This document shows, in pieces, positions 1-13,878 of a DNA stretch of 64,000 nt (positions within the stretch are counted from its first letter, which is position 1; every line of letters begins with the position of its first letter). This stretch comes from Azolla caroliniana. Its lineage: Eukaryota > Plantae > Polypodiophyta. The position numbers and the translations under genes were made by a program. The DNA is taken from positions 18,133-82,132 of the forward strand of contig JBHGNT010000111.1 in NCBI GenBank assembly GCA_043228905.1. The letters run 5' to 3'. The notes under the pieces were generated by a model that was not told the DNA's origin, searched no databases, and saw nothing but the letters and a program-made list of their open reading frames with translations.

Positions 1-3000
1 GATATAGAATTAAAAAATCAAGCTTTTCAAACTGAGGTCGAGAGACATGACGAACTTAGCAAATTTCAGGAGGGAGTTGAGAAGAGGCCGTTCGGAAATG
101 AAAATGTTCATACCTGGCTCGTGTGATATCGGATTTTTGTGTTCAAACATGCGAATCGAGGCTAAAAACTCTAGGTATGATATAGAATTAAAAAATCAAG
201 ATTTCGAAACTAAGGTCGAGAGACATGACGAAATTATCAAATTTGAGGAGGGAGTTGAGAAGAGCGCGTGAGTAAATTAAAATGTTCATACCTGGCTCGT
301 GTGATATCGGATTTTTGTGTTCAATCATGCGAATCGAGGCTAACAACGCTAGCTATGATATGGATTTAGAAAATCAAGATTTTGAAACTCAAGTGGAGAG
401 ACATGACGAAATTAGCAAATTTGAGGAGGGAGTTGAGAAGAGCGCGTGCGTAAATTAAAATGTTCATACCTGGCTCGTGTGATATCAGATTTTAGTGTTC
501 AAACATGCGAATCAAAGCTAACAACCCTAACTATGATATGGAATAAAAAAATCAAGATTTTGAAACTCAGGTCGAGAGACATGACGAAATTAACAAAAAT
601 AAGGTGGGAGTTGAGAAGAGCCCGTGAGTAAATTAAAATGTTCATCCCTAGCTCGTGTGATATCGGATTTTTATGTTCAATCATGCGAATCGAAGCTAAC
701 AACGTTAGCTATGATATAGAATTAAAAAATCTAGCTTTTGAAACTCACGTCGAGAGACATGATGAAATTAGCAAATTTCACGAGGGTGTTGAGAAGAGCC
801 CATTCGGAAATGAAAATGTACATACCTGGCTCGTGTGATATCGGATTTTTGTGTTCAAACATGCGAATCGAGCCTAACAACGTTAGCTATGATATAGAAT
901 TAAAAAATCAAGATTTTGAAACTCAGGTCGAGAGACATGACGAAATTATCAAATTTGAGGACGGAGTTGGGAAGAGCGCGTGAGTAAATTAAAATGTTCA
1001 TACCTGGCCCATGTGATATCGGATTTTTGTGTTCAATCATGCGAATCGAACCTAACAACGCTAGCTATGATATGGATTTAGGAAATCAAGATTTTGAAAA
1101 TCAGGTGGAGAGACATGAGGAAATTAGCAAATTTGAGGAGGGAGTTGAGAAGAGCGCGTGGGTAAATTAAAATCTTCATACCTGGCTCGTGTGATATCGG
1201 ATTTTAGTGTTCAAACATGCAAATCGAAGCTAACAACCCTAACTGAGATATGGAATTAAAAAATCAAGATTTTGAAACTCAGGTGGAGAGACAGGACGAA
1301 ATTAGCAAATTTGAGGAGGGATTTGAGAAGAGCCCGTGAGTAAATTAAAATGTTCATACCTGGCTCGTGTGATATCGGATTTTAGTGTTCAATGATGCGA
1401 ATGGAAGCTAACAACGCTACCTATGATATAGAATCAAAAAATCAAGATTCTGAAACTCAGGTGGAGAGACAGGACGAAATTAGCAAATTTGAGGAGGGAG
1501 TTGAGAAGAGCCCGTGAGTAAATTAAAATGTTCATCCCTAGCTCGTGTGATATCGGATTTTAGTGTTCAAACATGCGAATCGAAGCTAACAACGCTAGCT
1601 ATGATATGGAATTAAAAAATCAAGATTTTAAAACTCAGGTCGAGAGAAACACTGGTCGAGAGACATGACGAAATTAGCAAATTTGAGGAGGGTGTTCAGA
1701 AGAGCCCGTGAGTAAATTAAAATGTTCATACCTAGCCCGTGTGATATTGGATTTTTGTGTTCAAACATGCGAATCGAAGCTAACAACGCTAGCTATGATA
1801 TGGATTTAGAAAATCAAGATTTTGAAACTCAGGTCGAGAGACATGACGAAATTAGCAAATTTGAGGAGGGAGTTGAGAATAGCGCGTGAGTAAATTAAAA
1901 TGTTCATACCTGGCTCGTGTGATATTGGATTTTTGTGTTCAACCATGCGAATCGAAGCTAACAACACTAGCTATGATATGGATTTAGAAAATATGGATTT
2001 TGAAACTCACGTCGAGAGACATGACAAAATTAGCAAATTTGAGGAGGGAGTTGAGAAGAGCGTGTGGGTAAATTAAAATGTTCATACCTGGCTCGTGTGA
2101 TATCGGATTTTTGTGTTCAATCATGCGAATCGAAGCTAACAACGCTAGCTATGATATGGATTGAGAAAATCTAGATTTTGAAACTCAGGTAGAGAGAAAT
2201 GATGAAATTAGCAAATTTGAGGAGGGAGTTGAGAAGAGCGCATGGGAAGATTAAAATGTTCATACCTGGCTCGTGTGATATCGGATTTTTGTGTTCAATC
2301 ATGCGAATCGAAGCTAACAACGCTAGCTATGATATGGATTGAGAAAATCTAGTTTTTGAAACTCAGGTAGAGAGACATGTCGAAATTAGCAAATTTGAGG
2401 AGGGAGTTGAGAAGAGCGTGTGGGTAGATTAAAATGTTCATACCTGGCTCGTGTGAAATCGGATTTTTGTGTCCAATCATGCGAATCGAAGCTAACAACG
2501 CTAGCTATGATATAGAACAAAAAAATCAAGATTTTGAAACTCAGGTCGAGAGACATGACGAAATTAGGAAATATGAGGAGGGAGTTGAGAAGAGGCCGTG
2601 ACTAAACTAAAATGTTCATCCCTGGCTCGTGTGATATCGGATTTTAGTGTTCAAACATGCGAATCGAGGCTAACAACGCTAGCTATGATATAGAATAAAA
2701 ATATCAAGATTTTGAAACTCACCTCGAGGGACATGAGGAAATTAGTAAATTTGAGGAGGGAGTTGAGAAGAGCGCGTGAGTAAATTAAAATCTTCATACC
2801 TAGCCCGTGTGATATCGGATTTTAGTGTTCAATCATGCGAATAGAAGCTAACAACGCTATCTATGATATGGAATTAAAAAATCAAGATTTTGAAACTCAG
2901 GTCGAGAGACATGAAGAAATTAGCAAATTTGAGGAGGGAGTTGAGAAGAGGCCGTTCGGCAATGAAAATGTTCATACCCGGCTCGTGTGATATCAGATTT

Positions 3001-6000
3001 TTGTGTTCAAACATGCGAATCGAGGCTAACAACGCTAGCTATGAGCAAATTTCAGGAGGGTGTTGAGAAGAGCCCGTTCGGAAATGAAAATGTTCATACC
3101 TGGCTCGTGTGATATTGGATTTTTCTGTTCAAACATGCGAATCGAAGCTAAAAACGGTAGCTATGATATGGATTTAGAAAATCAAGATTTTGAAACTCAG
3201 GTCGAGAGACATGACGAAATTAGCAAATTTGAGGAGGGAGTTGACAATAGCGCGTGAGTAAATTAAAATGTTCATACCTGGCTCGTGTGATATGGGATTT
3301 TTGTGTTCAACCATGCGAATCGAAGCTAACAACGTTAGCTATGATATGGATTTAGAAAATATGGATTTTGAAACTCAGGTCGAGAGACATGATGAAATTA
3401 GCAAATTTGAGGAGGGAGTTGAGAAGAGCGCGTGAGTAAATTCAAATGTTCATACCTGGCTCGTGTGATATGGGATTTTAGTTTCAAACATGCGAATAGA
3501 AGCTAACAACACTAGCTATGATATAGAATCAAAAAATCAAGATGTTGAAACTCACGTCGAGAGACATGAAGAAATTACCAAATTTGAGGAGGGAGTTGAG
3601 AAGAGCGCGTGGGTAGATTAAAATGTTCATACCTGGCTCGTGTGATATCGGATTTTTGTGTTCAATCATGCGAATCGAAACTAACAACGCTAGCTATAGT
3701 ATGGATTGAGGAAATCTAGATTTTGAAACTCAGGTCGAGAGACATGACGAAATTAGCAAATTTGAGGAGGGAGTTGAGAAGAGCGCGTGGGTAGATTAAA
3801 ATGTTCATACCTGGCTCGTGTGATATCAGATTTTAGTGTTCAAACATGCGGATCAAAGCTAACAACCCTAACTATGATATGGAATTAAAAAATCAAGATT
3901 TTGAAACTCAGGTGGAGAGACAGGACGAATTTAGCAAATTTGAGGAGGGAGTTGAGAAGCGCCCGTGAGTAAATTAAAATGTTCATACCTGGCTTGTGTG
4001 ATATCGGATTTTTGTGTCCAATCATGCAAATCGAAGCTAACAACGCTAGCTATGATATAGAACAAAACAATCAAGATTTTGAAACTCAGGTCGAGAGACA
4101 TGACGAAATTAGGAAAAATGAGGAGGGAGTTGAGAAGAGGCCGTGACTAAACTAAAATGTTCATCCCTGGCTCGTGTGATATCGGATTTTAGTATCAAAC
4201 ATGCGAATCGAGGCTAACAACGCTAGCTATGATATAGAATAAAAAAATCAAGATTTTGAAACTCAGGTCGAGAGACATGACGAAATTATCAAATTTGAGG
4301 ACGGAGTTGGGAAGAGCGCGTGAGTAAATTAAAATATTCATAACTGGCTCGTGTGATATCGGATTTTAGTTTCAAACATGCGAATGGAAGCTAACAACAC
4401 TAGCTATGATATAGAATCAAAAAATCAGGATGTTGAAACTCACGTCGAGAGACATGAAGAAATTACCAAATTTGAGGAGGGAGTTGAGAAGAGCGCGTGA
4501 GTAAATTAAAATGTTCATACCTGGCTCGTGTGATATCGGATTTTTGTGTTCAAAGATGTGAATTGAAGCTAATAACACTAGCTTTGATATAGACATGACG
4601 AAATTGTCAAGATTTTAAAACTCAGGTCGAGAGACATGACGAAATTATCAATTTTGATGAGGGAGTTGAGAAGAGGCCGTTCGGAAATGAAAATGTTCAT
4701 ACCTAGCTTGTGTGATATCGGATTTTTGTGTTCAATCATGCGAATGGAAGCTAACAACGCTAGCTATGATATAGAATAAAAAAATCAAGATTTTGAAACT
4801 CAGGTCGAGAGACATGACGAAATTATCAAATTTGAGGAGGGAGTTGAGAAGAGCGTGTGAGTAAATTAAAATGTTCATACCTAGCCTGTGTGATATCGGA
4901 TTTTTGTGTTCAATCATGCGAATCGAAGCTAACAACGCTATCTATGATATGGATTGAGAAAATCTAGATTTTGAAACTCAGGTAGAGAGTCATGACGAAA
5001 TTAGCAAATTTGAGGAGGGAGTTCAGAAGAGCGCGTGGGTAGATTAAAATGTTCATACCTGGCTCGTGTGATATCAGATTTTTGTGTTCAAACATGCGAA
5101 TCGAGGCTAACAACGCTAGCTATGATATAGAATTAAAAAATCAAGGTTTTGAAACTCAGGTCGAGAGACATAACGAAATTAGCAAATTTCAGGAGGGTGT
5201 TGAGAAGAGCCCGTTCGGAAATGAAAATGTTCATACCTGGCTCGTGTGATATCGGATTTTAGTGTTCAAACATGCGAATTGAGGCTAACAACGCTAGCTA
5301 TGATATAGAATTAAAAAATCAAGATTTTGAAACTCAGGTCGAGAGACATGATGAAATTTGCAAATTTGAGGAGGGAGTTGAGAAGAGCCCGTGAGTAAAT
5401 TAAAATGTTCATACCTGGCTCGTGTGATATCGGATTTTAGTGTTCAATCATGCTAATGGAAGCTAACAACGTTAGCTATGATATGGAATTAAAAAATATG
5501 GATTTTGAAACTCAGGTCGAGAGACATGACGAAATTAGCAAATTTGAGGAGGGAGTTGAGAAGAGCGCGTGAGTAAATTAAAATGTTCATACCTGGCTCG
5601 TGTGATATGGGATTTTAGTTTCAAACATGCGAATGGAAGCTAACAACGCTAGCTATGATATAGAACAAAAAAATCAAGATTTTGAAACTCAGGTCGAGAG
5701 ACATGACGATATTAGGAAATATGAGGAGGGAGTTGAGAAGAGGCCGTGACTAAACTAAAATGTTCATCCCTGGCTCGTGTGATATCGGATTTTAGTGTTC
5801 AAACATGCGAATCGAGGCTAACAACGCTAGCTATGATATAGAATAAAAATATCAAGATTTTGAAACTCACCTCGAGGGACATGAGGAAATTAGTAAATTT
5901 GAGGAGGGAGTTGAGAAGAGCGCGTGAGTAAATTAAAATCTTCATACCTAGCCCGTGTGATATCGGATTTTAGTGTTCAATCATGCGAATAGAAGCTAAC

Positions 6001-9000
6001 AACGCTATCTATGATATGGAATTAAAAAATCAAGATTTTGAAACTCAGGTCGAGAGACATGAAGAAATTAGCAAATTTGAGGAGGGAGTTGAGAAGAGGC
6101 CGTTCGGCAATGAAAATGTTCATACCCGGCTCGTGTGATATCAGATTTTTGTGTTCAAACATGCGAATCGAGGCTAACAACGCTAGCTATGAGCAAATTT
6201 CAGGAGGGTGTTGAGAAGAGCCCGTTCGGAAATGAAAATGTTCATACCTGGCTCGTGTGATATTGGATTTTTCTGTTCAAACATGCGAATCGAAGCTAAA
6301 AACGGTAGCTATGATATGGATTTAGAAAATCAAGATTTTGAAACTCAGGTCGAGAGACATGACGAAATTAGCAAATTTGAGGAGGGAGTTGACAATAGCG
6401 CGTGAGTAAATTAAAATGTTCATACCTGGCTCGTGTGATATGGGATTTTTGTGTTCAACCATGCGAATCGAAGCTAACAACGTTAGCTATGATATGGATT
6501 TAGAAAATATGGATTTTGAAACTCAGGCCGAGAGACATGATGAAATTAGCAAATTTGAGGAGGGAGTTGAGAAGAGCGCGTGAGTAAATTCAAATGTTCA
6601 TACCTGGCTCGTGTGATATGGGATTTTAGTTTCAAACATGCGAATAGAAGCTAACAACACTAGCTATGATATAGAATCAAAAAATCAAGATGTTGAAACT
6701 CACGTCGAGAGACATGAAGAAATTACCAAATTTGAGGAGGGAGTTGAGAAGAGCGCGTGGGTAGATTAAAATGTTCATACCTGGCTCGTGTGATATCGGA
6801 TTTTTGTGTTCAATCATGCGAATCGAAACTAACAACGCTAGCTATGATATGGATTGAGGAAATCTAGATTTTGAAACTCAGGTCGAGAGACATGACGAAA
6901 TTAGCAAATTTGAGGAGGGAGTTGAGAAGAGCGCGTGGGTAGATTAAAATGTTCATACCTGGCTCGTGTGATATCAGATTTTAGTGTTCAAACATGCGGA
7001 TCAAAGCTAACAACCCTAACTATGATAGGAATTAAAAAATCAAGATTTTGAAACTCAGGTGGAGAGACAGGACGAATTTAGCAAATTTGAGGAGGGAGTT
7101 GAGAAGCGCCCGTGAGTAAATTAAAATGTTCATACCTGGCTCGTGTGATATCGTATTTTTGTGTCCAATCATGCAAATCGAAGCTAACAACGCTAGCTAT
7201 GATATAGAACAAAACAATCAAGATTTTGAAACTCAGGTCGAGAGACATGACGAAACTAGGAAAAATGAGGAGGGAGTTGAGAAGAGGCCGTGACTAAACT
7301 AAAATGTTCATCCCTGGCTCGTGTGATATCGGATTTTAGTATCAAACATTCGAATCGAGGCTAACAACGCTAGCTATGATATAGAATAAAAAAATCAAGA
7401 TTTTGAAACTCAGGTCGAGAGACATGACGAAATTATCAAATTTGAGGACGGAGTTGGGAAGAGCGCGTGAGTAAATTAAAATATTCATAACTGGCTCGTG
7501 TGATATCGGATTTTAGTTTCAAACATGCGAATGGAAGCTAACAACACTAGCTATGATATAGAATCAAAAAATCAAGATGTTGAAACTCACGTCGAGAGAC
7601 ATGAAGAAATTACCAAATTTGAGGAGGGAGTTGAGAAGAGCGCGTGAGTAAATTAAAATGTTCATACCTGGCTCGTGTGATATCGGATTTTTGTGTTCAA
7701 AGATGTGAATTGAAGCTAATAACACTAGCTTTGATATAGACATGACGAAATTGTCAAGATTTTAAAACTCAGGTCGAGAGACATGACGAAATTATCAATT
7801 TTGATGAGGGAGTTGAGAAGAGGCCGTTCGGAAATGAAAATGTTCATACCTAGCTTGTGTGATATCGGATTTTTGTGTTCAATCATGCGAATGGAAGCTA
7901 ACAACGCTAGCTATGATATAGAGTAAAAAAATCAAGATTTTGAAACTCAGGTCGAGAGACATGACGAAATTATCAAATTTGAGGAGGGAGTTGAGAAGAG
8001 CGTGTGAGTAAATTAAAATGTTCATACCTAGCCCGTGTGATATCGGATTTTTGTGTTCAATCATGCGAATCGAAGCTAACAACGCTATCTATGATATGGA
8101 TTGAGAAAATCTAGATTTTGAAACTCAGGTAGAGAGTCATGACGAAATTAGCAAATTTGAGGAGGGAGTTCAGAAGAGCGCGTGGGTAGATTAAAATGTT
8201 CATACCTGGCTCGTGTGATATCAGATTTTTGTGTTCAAACATGCGAATCGAGGCTAACAACGCTAGCTATGATATAGAATTAAAAAATCAAGGTTTTGAA
8301 ACTCAGGTCGAGAGACATAACGAAATTAGCAAATTTCAGGAGGGTGTTTAGAAGAGCCCGTTCGGAAATGAAAATGTTCATACCTGGCTCGTGTGATATC
8401 GGATTTTAGTGTTCAAACATGCGAATTGAGGCTAACAACGCTAGCTATGATATAGAATTAAAAAATCAAGATTTTGAAACTCAGGTCGAGAGACATGATG
8501 AAATTTGCAAATTTGAGGAGGGAGTTGAGAAGAGCCCGTGAGTAAATTAAAATGTTCATACCTGGCTCGTGTGATATCGGATTTTAGTGTTCAATCATGC
8601 AAATGGAAGCTAACAACGTTAGCTATGATATGGAATTAAAAAATATGGATTTTGAAACTCAGGTCGAGAGACATGACGAAATTAGCAAATTTGAGGAGGG
8701 AGTTGAGAAGAGCGCGTGAGTAAATTAAAATGTTCATACCTGGCTCGTGTGATATGGGATTTTAGTTTCAAACATGCGAATGGAAGCTAACAACACTAGC
8801 TATGATATAGAATCAAAAAATCAAGATGTTGAAAGTCACGTCGAGAGACATGAAGAAATTACCAAATTTGAGGAGGGAGTTGAGAAGAGCGCGTGGGTAG
8901 ATTAAAATGTTCATACCTGGCTCGTGTGATATCGGATTTTTGTGTTCAATCATGCGAATCGAAACTAACAACGCTAGCTATGATCTGGATTGAGGAAATC

Positions 9001-12000
9001 TAGATTTGGAAACTCAGGTCGAGAGACATGACGAAGTTAGCAAATTTGAGGAGGGAGTTGAGCAGAGCGCGTGGGTAGATTAAAATGTTCATACCTGGCT
9101 CGTGTGATATCGGATTTTAGTGTTCAAACATGCGGATGGAAGCTAACAACCCTAACTATGATATGGAATTAAAAACTCAAGATTTTGAAACTCAGGTGGA
9201 GAGACATGACGAAATTAGTAAATTTGAGGAGGGAGTTGAGAAGAGGCCGTTCGGAAATGAAAATGTTTATACCCGGCTCGTGTGATATCGGATTTTTGTG
9301 TTCAAACATGCGAATCGAGGCTAACATCGCTAGCTATGATATAGAATTAAAAAATCAAGCTTTTGAAACTCAGGTCGAGAGACATGACGAAATTAGCAAA
9401 TTTCAGGAGGGTGTTGAGAAGAGCCCGTTCGGAAATGAAAATGTTCATACCTGGCTCGTGTGGTATTGGATTTTTGTGTTCAAACATGCGAATCGAAGCT
9501 AACAACGCTAGCTATGATATGGAATCAAAAAATCAAGATGTTGAAACTCACGTCGGTAGCTATGATATCGAATTAAAAAATCAAGGTTTTGAAACTCAGG
9601 TCGAGAGACATGACGAAATTAGCAAATTTGAGGAGGGTGTTGAGAAGAGCCCGTCCGGAAATGAAAATGTTCATACCTGGCTCGTGTGATATTGGATTTT
9701 TGTGTTCAAACATGCGAATCGAAGCTAACAACGGTAGCTATGATATGGATTTAGAAAATCAAGATTTTGAAACTCAGGTCGAGAGACATGACGAAATTAG
9801 CAAATTTGAGGAGGGAGTTGAGAGTAGCGCGTGAGTAAATTAAAATGTTCATACCTGGCTCGTGTGATATGGGATTTTTGTGTTCAACCATGCGAATCGA
9901 AGCTAACAACGTTAGCTATGATATGGATTTAGAAAATATGGATTTTGAAACTCAGGTCGAGAGACATGATGAAATTAGCAAATTTGAGGAGGGAGTTGAG
10001 AAGAGCGCGTGAGTAAATTCAAATGTTCATACCTGGCTCGTGTGATATGGGATTATAGTTTCAAACATGCGAATGGAAGCTAACAACACTAGCTATGGTA
10101 TAGAATCAAAAAATCAAGATGTTGAAACTCACGTCGAGAGACATGAAGAAATTACCAAATTTGAGGAGGGAGTTGAGAAGAGCGCGTGGGTAGATGAAAA
10201 TGTTCATACCTGGCTCGTGTGATATCGGATTTTTGTGTTCAATCATTGGAATCGAAACTAACAACGCTAGCTATGATATGGATTGAGGAAATCTAGATTT
10301 TGAAACTCAGGTCGAGAGACATGACGAAATTAGCAAATTTGAGGAGGGAGTTGAGAAGAGCTCGTGGGTAGATTAAAATGTTCATACCTGGTTCGTGTGA
10401 TATCAGATTTTAGTGTTCAAACATGCGGATCGAAGCTAACAACCCTAACTATGATATAGAATTAAAAAATCAAGATTTTGAAACTCAGGTGGAGAGACAT
10501 GACGAATTTAGCAAATTTGAGGAGGGAGTTGAGAAGAGCCCGTGAGTAAATTAAAATGTTCATACCTGGCTCGTGTGATATCGGATTTTTGTGTCCAATC
10601 ATGCGAATCGAAGCTAACAACGGTAGCTATGATATAGAACAAAACTATCAAGATTTTGAAACTCAGGTCGAGAGACATGACGAAATTAGGAAAAATGAGG
10701 ACGGAGTTGAGAAGAGGCCGTGACTAAACTAAAATGTTCATCCCTGGGTCGTGTGATATCAGATTTTAGTGTTCAAAGATGCGAATCGAGGCTAACAACG
10801 CTAGCTATGATATAGAATAAAAAAACCAAGATTTTGAAACTCAGGTCGAGAGACATGACGAAATTATCAAATTTGAGGACGGAGTTGGGAAGAGCGCGTG
10901 AGTAAATTAAAATATTCATAACTGGCTCTTGTGATATCGGATTTTAGTTTCAAACATGCGAATGGAAGCTAACAACACTAGCTATGATATAGAATCAAAA
11001 AATCAAGATGTTGAAACTCACGTCGAGAGACATGACGAAATTAGCAAATTTGAGGAGGGAGTTGAGAAGAGCGCGTGAGTAAATTAAAATGTTCATACCT
11101 GGCTCGTGTGATATCGGATTATTGTGTTCAAAGATGTGAATTGAAGCTAATAACACTAGCTTTGATATAGACATGACGAAATTGTCAAGATTTTAAAACT
11201 CAGGTCGAGAGACATGACGAAATTATCAAATTTGACGAGGGAGTTGAGAAGAGGCCGTTCGGAAATGAAAATGTTCATACCTAGTTTGTGTGATATCGTA
11301 TTTTTGTGTCCAATCATGCGAATGGAAGCTAACAACGCTAGCTATGATATAGAATAAAAAAATCAAGATTTCGAAACTCAGGTCGAGAGACATGACGAAA
11401 TTATTAAATTTGAGGAGGGAGTTGAGAAGAGCGTGTGGGTAAATTAAAATGTTCATACCTAGCCCGTGTGATATCGGATTTTTGTGTTCAATCATGCGAA
11501 TCGAAGCTAACAATGCTAGCTATGATATGGATTGAGAAAATCTAGATTTTGAAACTCAGGTAGAGAGACATGACGAAATTAGCAAATTTGAGGAGGGAGT
11601 TGAGAAGAGCGCGTGGGTAGATTAAAATGTTCATACCTGGCTCGTGTGATATCAGATTTTTGTGTTCAAACATGCGAATCGAGGCTAACAACGCTACCTA
11701 TGATATAGAATTAAAAAATCAAGGTTTTGAAACTCAGGTCGAGAGACATGACGAAATTAGCAAATTTCAGGAGGGTGTTGAGAAGAGCCCGTTCGGAAAT
11801 GAAAATGTTCATACCTGGCTCGTGTGATATCGGATTTTAGTGTTCAAACATGCGAATCGAGGCTAACAACGCTAGCTATGATATAGAATTAAAAAATCAA
11901 GGTTTTGAAACTCAGGTCGAGAGACATGACGAAATTAGCAAATTTGAGGAGGGAGTTGAGAAGAGCCTGTGAGTAAATGAAAATGTTTATACCTGGCTCG

Positions 12001-13646
12001 TGTGATATCGGATTTTGGTGTTCAAACATGCGGATCGAAGCTAACAACGCTAACTATGATATGGAATTAAAAAATCAAGATTTTAAAACTCAGGTGGAGA
12101 GACATGACGAAATTAGCAAATTTGAGGAGGGAGTTGAGAAAAGCCCGTGAGTAAATTAAAATGTTCATACCTGGCTCGTGTGATATCGGATTTCAGTGTT
12201 TAATAATGCTATCGAGGCTAACAACGCTACGTATGATATGGAATTAAAAAATCAAGATTTTGAAACTCAGGTCGAGAGACATGACGAAATTAGCAAATTT
12301 GAGGAGGGAGTGGAGAAGAGGCCGTTTGGAAATGAAAATGTTCATACCCGGCTCGTGTGATATCGGATTTTTGTGTTCAAACATGCGAATCGAGGCTAAC
12401 AACGCTAGCTATGATATAGAATGAAAAAATCAAGGTTTTGAAACTCAGGTCGAGAGACATGACGAAATTAGCAAATTTCAAGAGGGTGTTGAGAAGAGGC
12501 CGTTCGGAAATGAAAATGTTAATACCTGGCTCGTCTGATATTGGATTTTTGTGTTCAACCATGCGAATCGAGGCTAACAACGCTAGGTATGATATGGAAT
12601 TAAAAAATCAAGATTTTGAAACTCAGGTCGAGAGACATGACGAAATTATCAAATTTGAGGACGGAGTTGGGAAGAGTGCGTGAGTAAATTAAAATATTCA
12701 TAACTGGCTCGTGTGATATCGGATTTTAGTTTCAAACATGCGAATCGAAGCTAACAACGCTAGCTATGATATGGATTGAGAAAATCTAGATTTTGAAACT
12801 CAGTTAGAGAGACATGACGAAATTAGCAAATTTGAGGAGGGAGTTGAAAAGAGCGCGTGGGTAGATTAAAATGTTCATACCTGGCTCGTGTGATATCGGA
12901 TTTTAGTGTTCAAACATGCGAATCGAGGCTAACAACGCTAGCTATAATATAGAATTAAAAAGTCAAGATTTTGAAACTTAGGTCGAGAGACATGACGAAA
13001 TTAGCAAATTTGAGGAGAAGAGCCTGTGAGTAAATGAAAATGTTTATACCTGGCTCGTGTGATATCGGATTTTGGTGTTCAAATATGCGAATCGAAGCTA
13101 ACAACGCTAGCTATGATATCGAATTAAAAAATCAAGATTTTAAAACTGAGGCCGAGAGACATGATGAAATTTGCATATTTGAGGAGGTAGTGGAGAAGAG
13201 CGCGTGAGTAAATTAAAATGCTCATACCTGGCTCGTGTGATATCGGATTTTAGTGTTCAAACATGCGAATCGAAGCTAACAACCCTAACTATGATATGGA
13301 ATTAAGAAATCGAGATTTTAAAACTCAGGTGGAGAGACATGACGAAATTCGCAAATTTGAGGAGGGAGTTGAGAAAAGCCCGTGAGTAAATTAAAATGTT
13401 CATTCCTGGCTCGTGTGATATCGGATTTCAGTGTTTAATAATGCGTATCGAGGCTAACAACGCTAGGTATGATATGGAATTAAAAAATCAAGATTTTGAA
13501 ACTCAGGTCGAGAGACATCACGAAATTAGCAAATTTGAGGAGGGAGTTGAGAAGAGGCCGTTCGGAAATGAAAATGTTCATACCTCGCTCGTGTGATATT
13601 GGATTTTTGTGTTCAAACATGCGAATCGAAGCTAACAACGCTAGCT
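1..13646 (+). repeat. 178-bp tandem satellite array, forward arm (centromere-like)
   Basis: GATATAGAATTAAAAAATCAAG recurs at 1 and 179. Consensus read by eye (178 nt): AAAATGTTCATACCTGGCTCGTGTGATATCGGATTTTTGTGTTCAAACATGCGAATCGAAGCTAACAACGCTAGCTATGATATGGAATTAAAAAATCAAGATTTTGAAACTCAGGTCGAGAGACATGACGAAATTAGCAAATTTGAGGAGGGAGTTGAGAAGAGCGCGTGAGTAAATT. The array starts outside the window. Confidence 0.98.
2489..8794 (+). repeat. Higher-order tandem duplication, unit 3,148 bp (18 monomers, one with a 56-bp deletion)
   Basis: The rare deletion junction GCTAGCTATG|AGCAAATTTCAGG occurs at ~3043 and ~6191. Identical ORF peptides lie at 3060/6208 and near-identical ones at 4732/7879. 18x178 minus 56 equals 3148. 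Boundaries are approximate. Confidence 0.9.
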
Positions 13647-13878
13647 CGATTCGCATGTTTGAACACAAAAATCCGATATCACACGAGCCGGGTATGAACA
13701 TTTTAATTTCCAAACGGCCTCCTCTCAACTCCCTCCTCAAATTTGCTAATTCGTCATGTCTCTCGACCTGCGTTTCAAAATCTTGATTTTTTAATTCAAT
13801 ATCATACCTAGTGTTGTTAGCCTCGATAGGCATTATTAAACACTGAAATCCGATATCACACGAGGCAGGTATGAACAT
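13396..13878. other. Strand-switch (fold-back inversion) junction of the satellite array
   Basis: ...CATGCGAATCGA-AGCTAACAACGCTAGC-TCGATTCGCATG... at 13618-13657. The rare TTTCAGTGTTTAATAATG monomer variant lies symmetrically on both sides of a centre at ~13638. Confidence 0.93.

Noticed and set aside
105-122. CATACCTGGC resembling the U1 snRNA 5' end or an antisense splice donor (CAGGTATG)
   Set aside because: The match is too short and no other snRNA features are evident.
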